Origin: Rhizobiaceae bacterium
Lineage (GTDB): Bacteria; Pseudomonadota; Alphaproteobacteria; Rhizobiales; Rhizobiaceae
Direction of reading: 5' to 3'
Assembly: GCA_017640615.1 (NCBI GenBank)
Contig: JAEPQK010000007.1
Coordinates: 104,407 to 168,406 of the forward strand
DNA: 64,000 nucleotides
Every line of letters begins with the position of its first letter. Within the stretch, counting starts at the first letter, position 1. The translations under genes and the position numbers were made by a program. The notes below the pieces were generated by a model. It saw nothing but the letters and a program-made list of their open reading frames with translations. It was not told where the DNA came from and made no database searches. Positions 62,744 through 64,000 of this stretch are shown piece after piece.

Positions 62744-63694
62744 CTATCCCTGCAATGCGTCCCACATTTGCCGGTCGCGCTCCGCTGTCCAGATGCGCGG
62801 CGTGTCTATGTCCAGCGCTTCATCATAGGCGCGTGCGACGTTGAAGGGCAGACAATGTTCGTAGATTGCGTAGTCGGCGAATTTGGGATCGCACTCGGCG
62901 CGGCAGGCGTCCCACGCTTCCTTGAGCGAGCCGCCGCCAAGCGCCACGCGCGCAACGGGACGGTAGGTCGAACGCACGAAATCGGCGGTGTTGTCGAGCG
63001 CCTCGTTGACCCTCTCCCGCCCAACCAGCGCATCGCCGCGCCCGGGGGCGATTGCGTCAAGATCCCATGCCCTGATGCGGTTCAGCGTGCCCGGCCAGTC
63101 ATGGAAATGACCGTCGCCGCAATAGCAGGCGGAGTGATATTCCACGATATCGCCAGTGAACATTACGTTCGCGTCCGGCACGAAAGCGACGATATCGCCG
63201 GCTGTGTGCGCGCGGCCCATGAACATCAGATCGACCCGCCGTTTGCCGAGATAGACGGTCATGCGGTCGTTGAAAGTCATGGAGGGCCAGGTGAGCCCCG
63301 GTATCGATTCATGACCCTGAAACAGTCGCGGGAAACGGGCGAACTCGGAGTCCCAATCTTCCTGGCCGCGCTCGGCAACCATCGCGCGCGCCTTTTCCGA
63401 CATGATGATTTCGGAAGCGCCGTAGGCTGAAGCGCCGAGCACCCGCACGGCGTGATAATGCGTCAGCGTTACGTATTTGATCGGCTTGTCGGTGACCGAG
63501 CGAATGTTTTCGATCACCTTGGTTGCGAGCCTCGGGGTCGCCTGCGCATCCACGATCATCACCGCGTCGTCACCGATGATCACGCCGGTGTTGGGGTCGC
63601 CCTCGGCGGTAAAAGCCCAAAGATCCTTGCCGATCTCGGTGAAGGATACCTTCTTTTCAGCGAGATCGCCTGCCGAGGCAAATTGCTTGGTCAT
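62744..63694 (-). CDS. MBL-fold protein with an atypical metal motif
   Basis: Start set to MTKQFASAGD. MBL fold (VIIGDDAVMIVDAQ..., TLTHYHAVRVLG, GRAHTAGDIVAF, FTGDIV). HYHAVR stands in place of HxHxDH. Confidence 0.75.
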   Translation of the reverse strand: MTKQFASAGDLAEKKVSFTEIGKDLWAFTAEGDPNTGVIIGDDAVMIVDAQATPRLATKVIENIRSVTDKPIKYVTLTHYHAVRVLGASAYGASEIIMSEKARAMVAERGQEDWDSEFARFPRLFQGHESIPGLTWPSMTFNDRMTVYLGKRRVDLMFMGRAHTAGDIVAFVPDANVMFTGDIVEYHSACYCGDGHFHDWPGTLNRIRAWDLDAIAPGRGDALVGRERVNEALDNTADFVRSTYRPVARVALGGGSLKEAWDACRAECDPKFADYAIYEHCLPFNVARAYDEALDIDTPRIWTAERDRQMWDALQG

Positions 63695-63720
63695 GCTTGG
63701 GCTTCTCCATCCAATTTCAA

Positions 63721-63831
63721 TGCGTCCTTCGAGGCTTTGCTCACGCAAAGCGCCTCAGGATGAGGGAGGCAGGCGCCAGCGATCCTCATCCTGAGGTGCG
63801 AGCCTAAGCCAGGCGAGCCTAGAAGGACGCA
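63721..63831. repeat. palindromic intergenic element (short form: A-B-B'-A')
   Basis: TGCGTCCTTCGAGGC (63721-35), CCTCAGGATGAGG (63753-65), CCTCATCCTGAGGTG (63784-98), GCCTAGAAGGACGCA (63817-31). Same blocks as at 39919-40243. Confidence 0.8.
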
Positions 63832-63832
63832 G

Positions 63833-64000
63833 CTAATGCTCATACTTCTTCACAGTCTGCTCGATCGCGCCGAACAGCGAATGGCCATCGCCGTCTTTCA
63901 TTTCGATGCGCACCGTGTCGCCAAACTTCATGAAGGGTGTTGACGGCTTGCCGCTCTCGATTGTCTCGATCATGCGGATTTCGGCGATGCAAGAATACCC
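63833..64000 (-). CDS. fumarylacetoacetate hydrolase (FAH) family protein, C-terminal 55 aa only
   Basis: Manual minus-strand translation gives ...GYSCIAEIRMIETIESGKPSTPFMKFGDTVRIEMKDGDGHSLFGAIEQTVKKYEH*, resembling FAH-family C-termini. The 5' part lies outside the window. Confidence 0.55.
   Translation of the reverse strand, partial: GYSCIAEIRMIETIESGKPSTPFMKFGDTVRIEMKDGDGHSLFGAIEQTVKKYEH

Noticed and set aside
1-64000. Search for rRNA, tRNA, CRISPR arrays, IS elements, integrases, phage genes and toxin-antitoxin pairs
   Set aside because: None seen. The non-coding gaps are short and are accounted for by promoters, hairpins or the palindromic repeat family. No transposase- or integrase-like translation appears in any frame of the ORF track.

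Overview
High-GC alphaproteobacterial (Rhizobiales/Rhodobacterales-like) DNA, densely coding. I call 62 CDS. I saw no rRNA, tRNA, CRISPR array, transposase or integrase. Most of the window is a mosaic of transport and catabolic modules. (1) 0.7-10.6 kb: a GntR-controlled Dpp/Opp-type peptide ABC operon carrying three putative metallohydrolases. (2) 10.6-17.9 kb: a GH42 beta-galactosidase, a sugar ABC transporter and an IclR regulator. (3) 17.9-27.6 kb: a cluster matching the sulfoquinovose monooxygenase (sulfo-SMO) layout. It has a GntR regulator, an LLM monooxygenase, an aldo/keto reductase, a flavin reductase and a sugar ABC transporter. A Gfo/Idh/MocA oxidoreductase sits where a classical sulfoquinovosidase would be, and one 20-bp operator-like sequence occurs in both divergent promoter regions. 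(4) 27.6-37.6 kb: an island of uncharacterised envelope proteins. It holds a DUF3137-like/LemA/DUF3137-like trio, a probable pseudo-hydrolase/PAS-like/LuxR regulator, a secreted vWA three-gene operon, a small Cys-rich secreted protein and a small membrane protein. They are tied together by four copies of an 18-bp palindrome, CTCNCNCA-WWT-GGGAGAG, each 58-68 nt upstream of a start codon. This is my best candidate for an undescribed system. (5) Methylmalonyl-CoA mutase. (6) A cytoplasmic BNR propeller translationally coupled to a MoaD/ThiS-like protein with a C-terminal GG. (7) modABC plus a short modE, with a canonical Mo-box. (8) A beta-oxidation cluster with a paired acyl-CoA dehydrogenase. 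(9) A BigR-type sulfide-detoxification operon. (10) A TRAP transporter, an Lrp regulator, hppD and an MhaAB-like hydroxylase operon. A nested palindromic intergenic repeat family occurs three times. All calls rest on reading the ORF translations and the DNA by eye; no searches were run.
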